Source: the human T2T-CHM13v2.0 reference genome, Homo sapiens. Taken from it: 64,000 nucleotides of DNA. Under the pieces are notes generated by a model. The model saw only the letters and a list, made by a program, of their open reading frames with translations, was not told the origin of the DNA and did no database searches. How positions within the stretch are numbered: position 1 is the stretch's first letter; each line of letters starts with the position of its first letter. Where the stretch lies: assembly GCF_009914755.1 (NCBI RefSeq), contig NC_060936.1. One strand, given 5' to 3'. This document shows positions 13,123 through 26,900 of this stretch, one piece after another. The position numbers and the translations under genes were made by a program.

Positions 13123-13731
13123 AGTTGTTTTCTCCCCATCTTCAAGGATTTATCTACCTTTGGTCTTTGATGTTGGTGATCTTCAGATGGGGTCTCTGAG
13201 TGGACATCCTTTTTATTGATGTTGATACTATTCCTTTCTGTTTATTAGTTTTGCTTCTAACTGTCAGGCCCCTCTGCTGCAGGTCTGCTGGAGTTTGCTG
13301 GAGGTCCACTCCAGACCCTGTTTGCCTGGGTAACACCATCAGAAGCTGCAAAACAGCAAAGATTGCTGCCTGTTCCTTCCTCTGGAAGATTTGTCCCAGA
13401 GGGGCACCCGCCAGATGCCAGCCAGACCTCTCCTGTATGAGGTGTCTGTCAGCCCCTACTGGGAGATGACTCCCAGTCAGGATGCACGGGGGTCAGGTAC
13501 CCACTGACGAGGCACTCTGTCTCTTATCAGAGCTTGAACGCTGGGCCAGGAGATCTGCTGCTCTCTTCAGAGTTGTCAGGAAGGGATGTTTAAGTCTGCT
13601 GAAGCTGCACCCACCCACAGCTGCCCCTTCCCCCAGGTGCTCTGTCCCAGGGAGATGGGGTTTTATCTGTAAGTCCCTGACTGGGGCTGCTGCCTTTTTT
13701 TCAGAGATGTCCTGCTCAGAGATGAGGAATC
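13123..13731 (-). mobile_element. Isolated L1PA7/8-type 5'UTR fragment ending at the ORF1 start
   Basis: ctgctggagtttgctggaggtccactccagaccctgtttgcctgggt motif. Minus-strand ATGGGGAGAAA at 13139. No poly-A. Confidence 0.9.
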
Positions 13732-15299
13732 ATAAGCAATTAGATCTTTAAAATGACTTTACATTAGCCTACTTTCTTCCCATATGTACCATATATATGG
13801 TATAATCTGTATGGGAAAGGAGGCATTTCAAGGTTTAAAAGAATATAAATTTTGGATTTAATGTTTTTGATCTTAACATATTTGTGTCTCAACAGGGAAG
13901 ACAATTAGAAATGTAACAAGAGGGTTCTATTTGATTCATTTAAAAAATGGAAAGTGGCACCCAGGGTGAGGCTGGCATGTCAAACAATTACTGAGAGCAA
14001 TGCCACCATTTGCCTTTGTGTGTGTGTGTGTGTGTGTGTGAATTAGGATCTGTTTTTTAATGGTCACTCTATTTACATAGTAACATTCCTTGAAGCAATA
14101 TATGCAGATTCATTCTCGACATAAGTTTTTTTGCTTTTGCTAAAATAGTTTTTGCTTAAAATTACTCCCTCTCTTTTCTGGCTACAACTACTTCCCATCT
14201 TCTCCTTGATTTTTTCAATGACTTAGGAAAAGATTAACATGATTTAAGTCCCGTTTCTCACGACTGTAATTACAAGACTAGTTTAGTTCCACTTTCTTGT
14301 AGACGAATTCCTACATTTTGCTGATGTTTTGGCCCATTCTTATAAACTCCACTGTCTGGGGAGCAGGAAGCATTCTGACAAATTGTCTCTTTGGGAACAG
14401 AAGTATATTTTATTGAGTCAATTATCTTGATAAATCACGTTATATTTGAGTTTTTGTAGTTTTGTGGATAAACATTTTTACTTGGAATCCCTTTGTTGTT
14501 CACTGTGTTAGCACCCATGATTCAAACAATCCTTGATCTTGTCATTAGTAGTATATGTAGAGAAGAATTCACTGTAGGAATTTAAGAAGTGACTTTTCAA
14601 CACAGCTTCTCTAATACAGTATTTAATATCCCACACATAATTCAAAATAAAAGTAAGAAATAAAAGTCTATTGGAAAGACTTAGCACAAAATTCAGTGTA
14701 AGATTCCATGTAAGAAATATTGATTAGAACATATTCTACGAGAGTCTAGAGATGAGGTTTATGTCTCAAATGTTTGTTTTAAGCTTATTAGAAATACCAT
14801 CTATTAGTAAAAATTACTTCTTTGGAATGAGATGAGAAAATTCTGAATATGGACTCAGATGCCAAAATATGTTAATAGCATAAAATACAGACATGAACTG
14901 AGAAGGCGGTTTCACCAAAGACACAAGAGAAATTAAATCACATACATTTTACAAGGTAAACTAAAATAGACTATACAAAAATACCTTGCTAACAGAGAAA
15001 TGGGTCATCAGTCTGTTGTTGTTACTTTTTTTGTTGCTGTTTCTTAATGGTTACTTAATACCTACCTGTAGTGCAATTATATGTTGTAGAATTCTGTCAC
15101 AAAAAAAAGGCCTAAACCAACGGGATGACTTAAAAGAAAAATAAACATTTCAAAGATTCAAGTAATTTATCAGGAAATACTGAAAGTACATCCTATAATT
15201 TTTTTTAAAACTTGAAAATTGCACCTCACATTTTGTCTGGAGAGTTAGGCAACATCTGTATTTTTCAACTTTGTCAGTTATTCAGGACCTATTACAGAC

Positions 15300-15468
15300 C
15301 ACACAACTTTGAGCTTTGAAAGAAACCCACAGATATATAATTTAACTCATTGTGTAGCTAAGGAAATAGGACTGAAGAAATTAATGATTTACTGGACATC
15401 AAGTTACATGTAAGCTGATTTTTAACCTAGATTTCCAAATGTCCACTCCAATGCTTTCACCACTATTG
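15300..15468 (-). mobile_element. MIR relic
   Basis: ctcattgtgtagctaaggaaata..aattaatgattt..ccaatgctttcaccacta. Confidence 0.6.
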
Positions 15469-15718
15469 CCTGGTAGGTATCACATATTATTAAGTTTGTT
15501 TTGTGTTTTATGGATTATATTTAGCATAATTCTGAGACTTAGAAGAGGTTCAATAAATGCTTATTACATGTATAAATGAAAAATGGCCTGGAGGTAGCAT
15601 AAGTCAATATTCCATTTTTCATCATAGCTTTCATCAAACAAATCTTATATTTATTCCTGGAATCTATTGCACACCACAAATCAAATGTGCATAGCAAATA
15701 GATTTTTTTTAAACCTAG

Positions 15719-15786
15719 CCCGGCCAAATTGATCTTGAACTTCTCCGTGCTTGTTCAACAATTCTGGTGCAGAGTTTAAAAAACTT
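15719..15786 (+). pseudogene. Fossil exon 3 (phase 0-2): PGQIDLELLRACSTILVQSLKN(L)
   Basis: Acceptor ttttttttaaacctag, donor TT|gtaggt, open frame, retained CpGs. Confidence 0.8.
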
Positions 15787-16144
15787 GTAGGTTTTATTTT
15801 GAGGTTACAAGTTTCAGTCTGGGACTGAAAAGATATAATAGTAATCTGCAAAGTTCAAGGATGTGTAATTCTGGGAGCTCAGAAAGAATTCATAGCTCTT
15901 GTTCTCAGGAGCTCTGCAAACAAAGATGCCAAAGGCATATCAGATTGCCTTCTAATACAGGGAGTAACAAGTAACAATGACACATTGATTGCTTACTTAT
16001 GAAAATTATTTCCATAATGATATAATATTAGAAGACAAATTCAGCTGCCTGACCTGCACAGGAGATTGAATTGAACGTAGGGTGTTAAATCAGAGTGGAG
16101 TAGGGTTTGAAAAAACAGAATAAAAGCAATACCTAGGAAAACTA

Positions 16145-16300
16145 CTGGGGTAGGGCAGAACATGAGTTCTGAAATAAGAAGATCTGAACTTGAAATGCTT
16201 CTTTACTGTGCAATGTAGACAATATAATCTGCTGAGCTCAATTAGCTCATGTATAACCTGGAGTGAAGATGCCTGTCTTGTACGGTTATTGTAAGGATAA
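16145..16300 (+). mobile_element. MIR relic
   Basis: Core-like ctgagctcaattagctcatgtataac..ggttattgtaaggataaa. Confidence 0.55.
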
Positions 16301-16777
16301 AACAGGATTCGGGGGAGAACCAGCCAGTGTAGGCATTACCCATTTTTGTGTTGTTTCAAATATATTTTTTATATTTTAGATACATGTGTGTGCGTGTGTG
16401 TGTGTATGTATGTGTGTCTTCATTGCTACATTGAACAGTTTGACCCTAAGTAACTCACAAATAGCATTCTAGAGGTGCTTCAAAAATACTAAGGAAGTCT
16501 AACCTTCTAGATGTTAAAATACAACTTTTATACTGGTTCTACTTGCCTTCAATGGAAATTATTGAAGAAAAAATCAGCTGGGAATGAGAAAATAATAAAA
16601 CTGCTTTGAAATGATGAAGTAAAGAAAGTAGCTTGGAAAAAACATGCCTGAAGGCAGGTCACAACTTGAAATACAGTTGCTATGTTCCATAATGGGCAGA
16701 GTAATAGAGTGTGTCTAAAGTACAACCAAAGTAGTCTAGTACACCACAATATCACAATATCCAGTAGTCCCCCCCAC

Positions 16778-16920
16778 CTCTCTCTTTAAGCTCCCTCTGT
16801 CCTTTCTCTCTCTTTTCTGTCTTCTCTCTCTCTCTCTCCTCTCTCTCTGTACACTCTCTTTCTTCTCTCTGACTCCTCCCTCTCCTCTCTGACTCCTCTC
16901 TCTCCTTTCTCCTCCACCCT
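16778..16920 (+). repeat. (CT)n-rich polypyrimidine tract directly before fossil exon 4
   Basis: Directly visible. Confidence 0.9.
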
Positions 16921-16928
16921 ATTCACAG

Positions 16929-17100
16929 GTTGGATAACGTTTCTGATTTATTTGACAAAAGATATAGCTATTCAGCTAGAATGCACGAGCCACTGAGAGC
17001 AAGTACGAAGCCAGTACACCTTGGCAGAGCTTCGTGAGGCCCATCAGATTCTCAGGTTGGAATGCCAGGAAGTGTTGTTAGTGTTAGGAAGATTCCATGT
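16929..17100 (+). pseudogene. Fossil exon 4 (phase 2-2, +1 frameshift): LDNVSDLFDK/DIAIQLECTSH*EQVRSQYTLAELREAHQILRLECQEVLLVLGRFH(V)
   Basis: Long CT tract then ttcacag acceptor, donor GT|gtaagg. Length 172 nt = 171+1. TGA at 16994-16996. Confidence 0.85.
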
Positions 17101-17328
17101 GTAAGGCAGGAGCTCACTAGATCTGAAGAGCTTAACATATGGCTGTACCATAACTCTTTTTCAATAGGGCTTACAATGTTCTTTAGGGCAGCATGTAGAT
17201 TTAATATTTCTATTAAAGGGAATGCTTGCAGACATTAGGAGCCTCCTGGTTTTTAAGTCAACACAGCATCAGGACCATATTGTTATCCTGTGAAGAGCAA
17301 GGTGGCTGATTTCTCTTCTTATATCCAG

Positions 17329-17422
17329 ATACATTCTGGATAATCCATTCCCCACAGTTACAGTCTGACTCTGGATTTTGGAATATCTTTTTATGAAATG
17401 GATAGGTCTGATAATGAATTGG
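17329..17422 (+). pseudogene. Fossil exon 5 (phase 2-0): YILDNPFPTVTV*LWILEYLFMKWIGLIMNW
   Basis: Acceptor ctgatttctcttcttatatccag, donor TGG|gtaatt. TGA at 17366-17368. Confidence 0.85.
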
Positions 17423-17829
17423 GTAATTGGGTCTTAGGACTAGAATCTTAAATCCATTCTCAATTTTTATGAAGTCACCAACCTTTTACACACATGCTTT
17501 AAAAAAGCCTGTCTACGAACAGAAACTCACTCCTGTGCTTATCACCTGATAGAAGAACAAAACTGAATATAAAACTCACATAATTTGTATTGCTCAGTGT
17601 ATAACGCATTAAAAACAAATTTATTTTTCTTTGAGGAAACTTTGTACTGCATTCCCCTTTTTAAGATCATCAACTCGTTCCCCCTTTAAATGCCTAAATC
17701 AACACTAATTAGATTCGAGCAGCCATTTCTTCATGCTGGCCTTTTATTTTTGTCCTCTTATTTTTTCCCTTAACTCACCTAAATCTTCCTCTCCTTTTTT
17801 ATCTTTTCTCCCTTCCTCCCTCCTTATTG

Positions 17830-19215
17830 CACATAATTCAAATATCAAAAATATAAAGTTATTTAATGAAACATTGCTTCCCCACTAGCTCTCTACTTTC
17901 TCAGTATATATCTTGCCTCCTTCATTACTCGGGTAATCACTATCACTTGTTTCTTTTTTCACTTATAAAGAATTTTTATATAAATACAAACCAATAAAAC
18001 AGGAAATTTCATTTCCTCTTTTAAAACTACAAGTAATAACATATTATACACGTTTTATTCAACAACAGATTGTATTCAACCTTCTGCTGTTAAGAAGAGT
18101 TGCAATAAATAACCTCATACATGCATCACTTCACACATATTAATTATATCTCAAGATAATTCCTAGGTGTCACTTTGATAAATATTACCAAAATGCTCAC
18201 CAAAGATGCTGTACCAATTTATACTCTCATCAGCCATAGATTAAAATCTATCCCAAAATTCTTCCAGTTGAATATGTCATGAACTTTTGGATTTTTACCA
18301 ATCTGAATGGGAAGAGGGAAACATGTTTTTTCAGTGTTGTTTAAATCTGTATTTCTGTGTTGTGAATAAGGTTAAATATCTTTTAAAATATTTTTAAAAA
18401 ACTATATTTGCATTCCTGTGAACTGTCTTTGCATATTCTTTGCCCACTTTTTTCTTTTGGGCTGTTGATGATTTTCTTATCAAGTGGTAGGTCTTTATAT
18501 GCCAGGAAGATTAAGCTTTTGTGACAAAAATTGGGAATATATTTTTAAATTTAGTTTGCCATTTGCCTTTTTGACTACATTGATAATGTTTATTTTATGT
18601 GTTGCCATGCAAAAATTTAATTTTTATGTAGTCAAATGTATTCATTTTTTTCTCCCTACAGCCTCTGAATATTATATCATAATGAGAAAGTTTTTGTTTC
18701 TAAACTGAGGCTATAAATTAATTCTTTCATGTTTTCTTCTATGATTTTGTATTCCATAATAAATATTTAACTTATTTAAATATTTCTTCTAGGCCAGGTG
18801 TGGTGGCTCACACCTGTAATCCCAGCACTTTGGGAGGCTGAGGCAGGTGGATCACCTGAGGGCAGGAGTTTGAGACCAGCCTGACCAACATGGTGAAACC
18901 CCGTCTCTACCAAATACAAAAAGTCAGCCTGGTGTGGTGGCACATGCCTGTAATCCCAGCTACTTGGGAGGCTGAGGCAGGAGAATCGCTTGAACCTGGT
19001 TGGGGAAGTTGTAGTGAGTCAAGATTGTGCCATTGCACTCCAGCCTGGGCAACAAGAGCTAAAATCCGTCTCAAAAAAAAATAAAAATAAATAAATAAAC
19101 AAATGTTTCTTCTAGTATATAGTCCATATTCTGAGATAGGCACCCAATTTTATTTTTTCTCATTGGCTATCTAGTTATACCTACATCTTGGTATTATTAA
19201 AAAGTCTATCTTTTG
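17830..19215 (-). mobile_element. Old L1ME 3' region, interrupted by an Alu
   Basis: tgtaccaatttatactctcatcagc, cattcctgtgaactgtct, tttgcccactttt motifs. Confidence 0.75.
18792..19100 (+). mobile_element. AluSp/Sq-type SINE
   Basis: cctgaccaacatgg, ggcaacaagag. TSD aaatatttcttcta / aaatgtttcttcta. Confidence 0.95.
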
Positions 19216-19695
19216 GAGACTTCCGCTCCTGGGAAGATGGAATAGAGGTACATTTCCCCCTTTCTCTCCCTAAGGAAAACTAAAATTCTTGGACATCATT
19301 TGTAAAATAAACATGAGAAGACTCTGACAAGCAGAGACAAAGATATAATAATAATGTCATTGGAGCCCTGGAGTGAAGGATAAAGAAGGCATTGCTAAAT
19401 AATTAATTTAAGAAATAATGGCTGACAATTTCTCAAATTTGTCCAAAGCCATAAACCTACAGAATCAGGAAGCTGTGTGTATTCCAATTAGGGTAAATCC
19501 CAAAAAACCACACCAAGACACATGATTATCAAGCTTGTAAAAACTAAAAACGGGAAAAAATCTTGAAAAGACCACAGTTACATTTTCCCTTTAAGGAGAA
19601 AGTAATCCCATTGAGGGGAGACTTCTTATCAGAAACCATGAAGGCCAAAGGGGTGATATTTTGTTTCTCTCAGAATTCTATAACCAGCAAGCATG
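19216..19695 (+). mobile_element. Old L1M 5' end joined to an ORF1 remnant
   Basis: gacttccgctcctgggaagatgg start; gaaataatggctgacaatttctcaaatttg and gacttcttatcagaaaccatgaaggcc ORF1 motifs. Confidence 0.7.
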
Positions 19696-20939
19696 TAATT
19701 TGGGCTTTTAGATATATTTAAGATATATTTTATCACATTAAGATGAGTCTACCTAATACTGTATTTTAAAAGATTATATTCCAAGAGTGGATTTTTAATT
19801 GTCAATCTTTGTGGAACACTTAGTTTAATGTTGTGGTTCTCAAAGTTTTGGCTTCAGAACAACTTGTTTATAACCTTAAAAATTATTGAGAACCCCAAAG
19901 GCTTTTGTTTATTTAGTCTGTATCTACCAATATCTTCTATATTAAAAATTAGAACTGAGATACTTAAAAAATATGTATTAATTTATTTCGGAATAAAGAT
20001 AATAAACTCATTACATATTAACATAAATTCATATATTTAAAAGTACACTTTTCAAAGCAGAAATGTCTCATGAGAAGATTGGCATTGCTCTACATTTGCT
20101 AATCATTTCAATGTCTGACTTAATAGAACACAGCTGGAGTCTCATGTATGTTTCTGCATGCAATCTGTTTTAGTATATTATTTTGGTTGAAGTTTATGTA
20201 GAAAATCTGGTTTCACGCAGATATATAGCTACAAAGTACAGAGTATTTGAATAGATTTTTCAGATAATTGTAAATATCCTTCTTTGACATGTCACTGAAA
20301 CTCAACATTAAATATTAATATTTAAATATTTTTAAGTATTAACATATATATGGAATATTAAACCATATCAATGAAATTTTGGTATTATGTTACATTAAAG
20401 TCCATTGTCCATTTTGTACTTCAAATAGATCTTTCCTCTCTTTGTGCTTTTGTGAAATCACACTTTGGTCATTTGAAAAATACAGGTTCACTGACTTACA
20501 CAGAGTTTCTAAATATTGACATATTTTATTAAATAACATAAAGGAGGCTTTACTGACATCATCAATGATCTCATCAGAAAAATCTTCGCATATTGGAAAA
20601 CTGAGAAGCTCAAAGTAGTATATAGAATTTTTTCAAGATTCTAATTTCTGCTTAGTGTTTTTTCTTTAAGAGGCTCACTTGGTTCATTTTTGAAAGTATG
20701 TCTCCTAAATATGAGAATCAGATTAACCATGGGCTGTCAATTATTCTTTCAAGTAAAGATGGTGCTTCATGAAAAGAAAATCTGGTTCCACTTACAGCTG
20801 AAACAATTGTCCAAGTACATTTCCTTAGGATAATTATCATTCCTTGGTATGTAGAAGTATTCCATGGACCTCCATTTTGTTATACAGAATTTTGAAAAGA
20901 CATTCCTCAAGGACTGAAGTATAATAAGGTTAGGATTTT

Positions 20940-23900
20940 TAAAAATTTTTAATTTTAGTGGGTTTATAGTAGGTGTATATATTTATGGAGTACATGAAAT
21001 ATTTTGATACAGGCATATAATGTGTAATAATCGTGATAATAAAGGAGCTATCCATCCCCTCAAGCATTTATCCTTTCTTTGTGTTACCAATCCAATTATA
21101 CTCTTTTTGTTATTTTAAAATATATGATAAATTATTGTTGACTGTAGTTACTCTGTTGTCCTATCAAAAACTAGATCTTATTCATTCTATCTAGCCATAT
21201 TTTGTACCTATTAAACATCTCTACTACCCCACCCTCCCTGGCCCCACTACCTTTCCCAACCTCTGGTAACCATCATTCAACTTGCCATGTCCATAAGTTC
21301 AATCGTTTTAATTTTTAGCTCCCACACATAAGTAAGAACATGCAAAGTTGGTCTTCCTGTGCTTGGCTTATCTCATTTAACATAGTGACCTCCAGTCTCA
21401 TCCACTTTTTTGCAAATGATAGGATCTCATTTATCTCATTTTTTTTAATGGCTGAATAGCACCTCATTGTATATATGTACCACATCTTCTTCATCATTCA
21501 TCTGTTGATAACATTTAGGTGCTTCCAAATGTTGGCTATTATGAATAGTGCTGTAATAAACATGGGAGTGCAGATAGCTCTTCGATATACTGATTTTCTT
21601 TCTTTGGGGTATGACACTTAGCAGTGGGATGATGGATCTTTGGTAGCTCTATGTTCAGTTTTGTGAAGAGCCTCCAAACTGTTCTCCCTAATGGTTGTAA
21701 TAATTTATATTTCTACCAACAGTGCTCAAGGGTTTTCCTTTCTCCACATCCTTGCCAGCATTTTTTATTGCCTGTCTTTCAGATAAAAGCCATTTTAACT
21801 GTGGTGAGGTAATATCTCATTGTAGTTTTGATTCATATTTCTCTGATGATCAGTGATGTTGAGCACCTTCCAATACACTTGTTTGTCCATTCGTATGTCT
21901 TCTTTTAAGAAATGTCATTCAGATTTTTTGCCTATTTTAAAATCAGATTGTTCCATTTTTTCCTATATCGTTGTTTGAGCTCCTTATATATTCCAGTTAT
22001 TAATCCTTTGCCAGATGGCTAGGTTGCAAATGTTTTCTCCCATTCTGTGGATTTTCTCTTCACTTTGTTGATAGTTTCCTTTGCTGTGCAGAAACTTTTT
22101 AACTTGATGTGATCCCATTTGTCCATTTTTGCTTTGGTTACCTGTGCTTGTAGAATATAACTCAATAAATTCTTACCCAGTCCAATGTCTTGAAGGCTTT
22201 CCCCAAAATCATTTTTTTATAGTTTCATAATTTCAGGTATTAGATTTAAGTCTTTAATCTATTTTGGTTTGATTTTTGTATATGTCATTTTTTTTTATTA
22301 TACTTTAAGTTTTAGGGTACATGTGCACAACGTGCAGGTTAGTTACATATGTATACATGTACCATGTTGGTGTGCTGCACCCATTACCTCGTCATTTAAC
22401 ATTAGGTATATCTCCTAATGCTATCCCTCCCCCCTACCCCCACCCTGCAATAGGCCCAGTGTGTGATGTTCCCCTTCCTGTGTCCATGTGTTCTCATTGT
22501 TCAATTCCCACCTATGAGTGAGAACATGCAGTATTTGGTTTTTTGTCCTTGCGATAGTTTGCTGAGAATGATGGTTTCCAGCTTCATCCATGTCCCTACA
22601 AAGGACATGAACTCATCATTTTTTATGGCTACATAGTATTCCATGGTGTATATGTGCCACATTTTCTTAATCCAGTCTATCATTGTTGGACATTTGGGTT
22701 GGTTCCAAGTCTTTGCTATTCTGAATAGTGCTGCAATAAACATACATGTGCATGTGTCTTTATAGCAGCATGATTTATAATCCTTTGGGTATATACTCAG
22801 TAATGGGATTGCTGGGTCAAATGGTATTTCTAGTTCTAGATCTCTGAGGAATCGCCACACTGACTTCCACAATGGTTGAACTAGTTTACAGTCCCACCAA
22901 CAGTATAAAAGTGTTCCTATTTCTCCACATCCTCTCCAGCACCTGTCGTTTCCTGACTTTTTAATGATTGCCATTCTAACTGGTGTGAGATGATTTTTGT
23001 ATATGTCATTTTTCTGCATATGGATATCCAGTTTTCCCAGCACGATTTATTGAAGAGACTATCCTTCCCCCAGTGTATGTTCTTGGCAACTTTGTTGAAA
23101 ATGAATTCACTGTAGATGTATGGAACTGTTTCTGGGTTCTCTATTCTGTTCCATTGGTCTCTGTGTCTGTTTTATGCTGTTTTGTTGCTATAGCATTGTA
23201 GTATAATTTGAAGTCAGGTAATGTGACTCTTCTAGTTTTCTTCTTTTTGATCAGGATAGCTTTGGCTTTTCTGTTTTTTTTTTTGTGGCTCCATAAAAAT
23301 TTTAGGATTGTTTTTACTATTTCTGTGAAGAATGTTATTATTATGATAGGGATTGCATTGAATCTGTAGATTGCTTTAGGTAGTATGGACATTTTTGACA
23401 ATATTGATTCTTCCAATGCATGAAAGTAGAATATCTTTTTATTATTTATGTCTTCTTCAATTTCTTTCATAAGCGTTTTATAGTTTTTATTGCAGACATC
23501 TTTAATTTTCTTTGGTTAATTCCTATTTAAGTTTATTTGTAGCTATTGTAAATGGAGTTACATTCTTGATTTCTTTTTCAGATTGTTCATTGTTGGCATA
23601 TAGAAATGCTACTGATTTTTGTATATTGATTTTGTGTCCTGCAACTGTACTGAATTTGTTTATCAGTTCTAATGTTTTTGGTGGAGTCTTTAGATTTTTC
23701 TAAATATAATATATTATCTGCAAACAAGGATAATATGACTTCTTTCTTCCCATTTTGAATGCCCTTTATTCCCTTCTCTTGTCTGATTGTTCTAGCTAGG
23801 ACTTCCACTACTATGTTGAATAACAGTGGGTGAAAGTAGGCATTCTTGTCATGTTGCAGATCTTAGAGGAAAGACTTTCTGGTTCTCCCCATTTAGTATG

Positions 23901-26900
23901 ATACTAGCTGTGGGTCTGTCATATATGGTGTTTATTATGTTGAAGTATGTTCCAGTTTTTTGAAAGTTTTTTGAAAGTTTATACCCAGTTTTTTGAAGTT
24001 TTTATCAGAAAGAGTTGTTGAATTTTATCAAATACTTTTTCAGCATCAGTTGAAATGATCATATGGTTTGTGTCATTCTGTTGATATAATGTGTCATATT
24101 AATTGATTTGCATATGTTGAACCATCCTTGAATCCCTGGGATAAATCTCATTTGGTAAAGATGAATGATATTCTTATGTGTTGTTGAATTCTATTTGCTA
24201 CTATTTTGTTGGGGAATTTTGCTTCAATGTTCATCAGGGATATTGGCCTGTAGTTTTCCTTTTTGTGATGTGTTTTTGATTTTGGCATCAGGGTAATACT
24301 GCACTTGTAGAATGAGTTTGGAAGTATTCTCTCCTCTTCTATTTTTGGGGATAGTTTAAGTAGGATTGGTATTAGTTTGTCTTTAAATGTTTGGTATAAT
24401 TTATCACTAAAGCCATCAGGTTCTAGGCTTTTCTTTGCTGAGAGACTTTTTCTTAAGGCTTTGATCTTGTTTCTCATTATTGGTCTATTCAGGGTTTTGA
24501 TTTCTTCATGGTTCAATTTTGGTAGGTTGTAGGTATCTAGGAAGTTACTCATTTCTTTTAGATTTTCCAATATATTGTAATATAGCTGCTTATATTAGCC
24601 TCTAATAGATCCTTTGAATTTCAGCAGTATCAGTTGTACTGTCTCCTTTTTCACCTCTGATTTTATTTATTTGGGTCTTCCCTATTGTTTTTCTTAATTA
24701 GCCTGGCTAATGTTTATTGTTTATGTTTTTGTTTAATTGATCTTTTATATTGTTTTTGTTTCAATTTCATTTATTTCTGCTCTGGTCTTTGTTATTTATT
24801 TTCTTCTACTAATTTTTGGTTTGATTTGTTACTGCTTTTCTATTCTTTAGGATGCATAATTAGTTGTTTATTTGAAGTTTTTCTATTTTTGATGTAGTTA
24901 CTTGTAGCTATAAACTTTCCTCTTAATACTGTTCTCCCTGCGTCACATACGTCTTGGTGTGTTGTTACCATTTGCTTCAAAAATGTTTCAATTTTTTTCT
25001 TAATTTCTTCATTGACCCACTTCATTCAGGAGCATATTGTTTAATTTCCATATGTTTGTATAATTTCAAAAATTCTTCTTGTTATTGATTTCTAGTCTTA
25101 TTATGGTCAGAGAAGACGTTTCATATAATTTCAATATTTTGAATGTTTTAAGACTTGTCTTGTGACCTAACATCTAGGCTATCCTTGAGAATGAGCCATG
25201 TGCTGAGAAGAATGTATATTCTGGAGCTATTGGATGAAATGTTCTATAAATATCTGTTAGGTCTATAATGCACATTAAGTCTGCTGTTTCTTTGTTGAAT
25301 TTCTGTCTGGATTACCTGTGCAATGCTGAAAGTGGGATATTGAAGTCTCCAGCTATTATTGTATTGGGGCCTATCTCTGTCTTTAACTGTAATGATATTT
25401 GCTTTATACGTCTGGATGCTCCAGAGTTGGGTGCATATAAACTTACAATTGTTATATCCTCTCTTGAATTGGCTTCTTTATCATTATATAGTGACCTTTG
25501 TCACTTTTAAAGTTTTTTTCTTGAAATCTACTTTGTCTGTAATAGATATAGCTGCTTTTGCTGTTTTTTGGTTGCCATTGGCATGAAATATCTTTTTCCC
25601 TCTCTTTATATTCGGTCTATATCTGTCTTTATAGATGAAACGTAGTGTGTTTTTTAAAGGCAACAGATCATTAGGTCTTATTTTTTTAATCCATTCTCTG
25701 TCTTTTGATTGGAGAGTTTTGTCAATTTATATTCAATATTCTTATTAATAAAGTTTTGCCATTTTGTGATTTGTTTTCAGGTTGTTTTGCAGTCTGCTGT
25801 TTCTTCCTTCTCTCCTTCCTATCTTCCTTTTAGTGAGGGTAACTTTCTCTGGTGGTATGACTTAATTTCTTGGTTTTTATTTTTTCCATATCCACTGTAT
25901 TTTATTTGTAATTACCATGAGGCTTGCACATACTGTTTTATAACCCATTATTTTAAGCTGATAACAACCTCACACTGTTTGCATAAAGAAATAGACAAGT
26001 AAAAAGAAAACTAATAAAAGCTCTATACTTTAACTTTATCCCCTTGCTTTTTAACATTTTGTTTCTATTTATATTTTATTGTACTGTCTGTGTCTTGAAA
26101 AGTTGTAGCTATTTTTTGATTGGTTCATCATTTAGTCTTTCTTCTTGAGAGTAATTTACATACCACAGTTACAGTGTTATAATATTATGAATTTTTCTGT
26201 GTACTTACTATTACTAGTGAGTTTTGTATCTTCGGCTGATTTCTTATTGCTCATTAACATCCTTTATTTCAGATTGAAGACCTCCCTTTAGCATTTCTTG
26301 TAGAACAGGTCTGGTGTTGATGAAATCCCTCAGCTTTTGTTTGTCTGGAAGTCTTTATTTCTCCTTCGTGTTTGAAGGATATTTTCACCAGATATATTAT
26401 CCTAGGATAAAAGTGTTTTTTTTTTTTCTCCAGCGCTTTAAATATGTCATGCCACTCTCTCTTGGCCTGTAAGGTTTCCACTGAAAAGACTGTTTCCAGA
26501 TATACTGGAGCTCCATTGTTTGTTATTTGTTTATTTTCTCTTGCTGCTTTTAGTATCCTTTCTTTATCCTTGACCTTTGGGAGTGTGATTATTAAATGTC
26601 TTGAGGTAGTTTTATTTTTGTTAAATCTGCCTGGCATTCTATAACCTTTTTGTACTTGAATATTGATAACTTTCTCTAGGTTTTGGAAGTTCTCTGTTAT
26701 TTTTCCTTTGAATAAACTTTTTCTCTCTCTCTGTCTGTCCCTCATTCCCTCCCCCCCACCCCTCCCTCCCTCCTATTTAAGACTAATAACTCTTAGATTT
26801 GTCCCTTTGAGGCTATTTTCTACATATTGTCCAGGGCAGTTCATCCAAGACCAAGTTATTGTATCAGAGACCCCAAGCACCTGCTTGGTGCTCTACCCCT

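Noticed and set aside
14780-14955. Possible extra exon ending AAG|gtaaac
   Set aside because: Stops in the frames checked, no clear acceptor, and exons 2-3 already join in phase.
22501-26745. ORFs of 109-180 aa as a functional gene
   Set aside because: Fragments of L1 ORF2/ORF1 broken by stops and frameshifts; not retrotransposition-competent.
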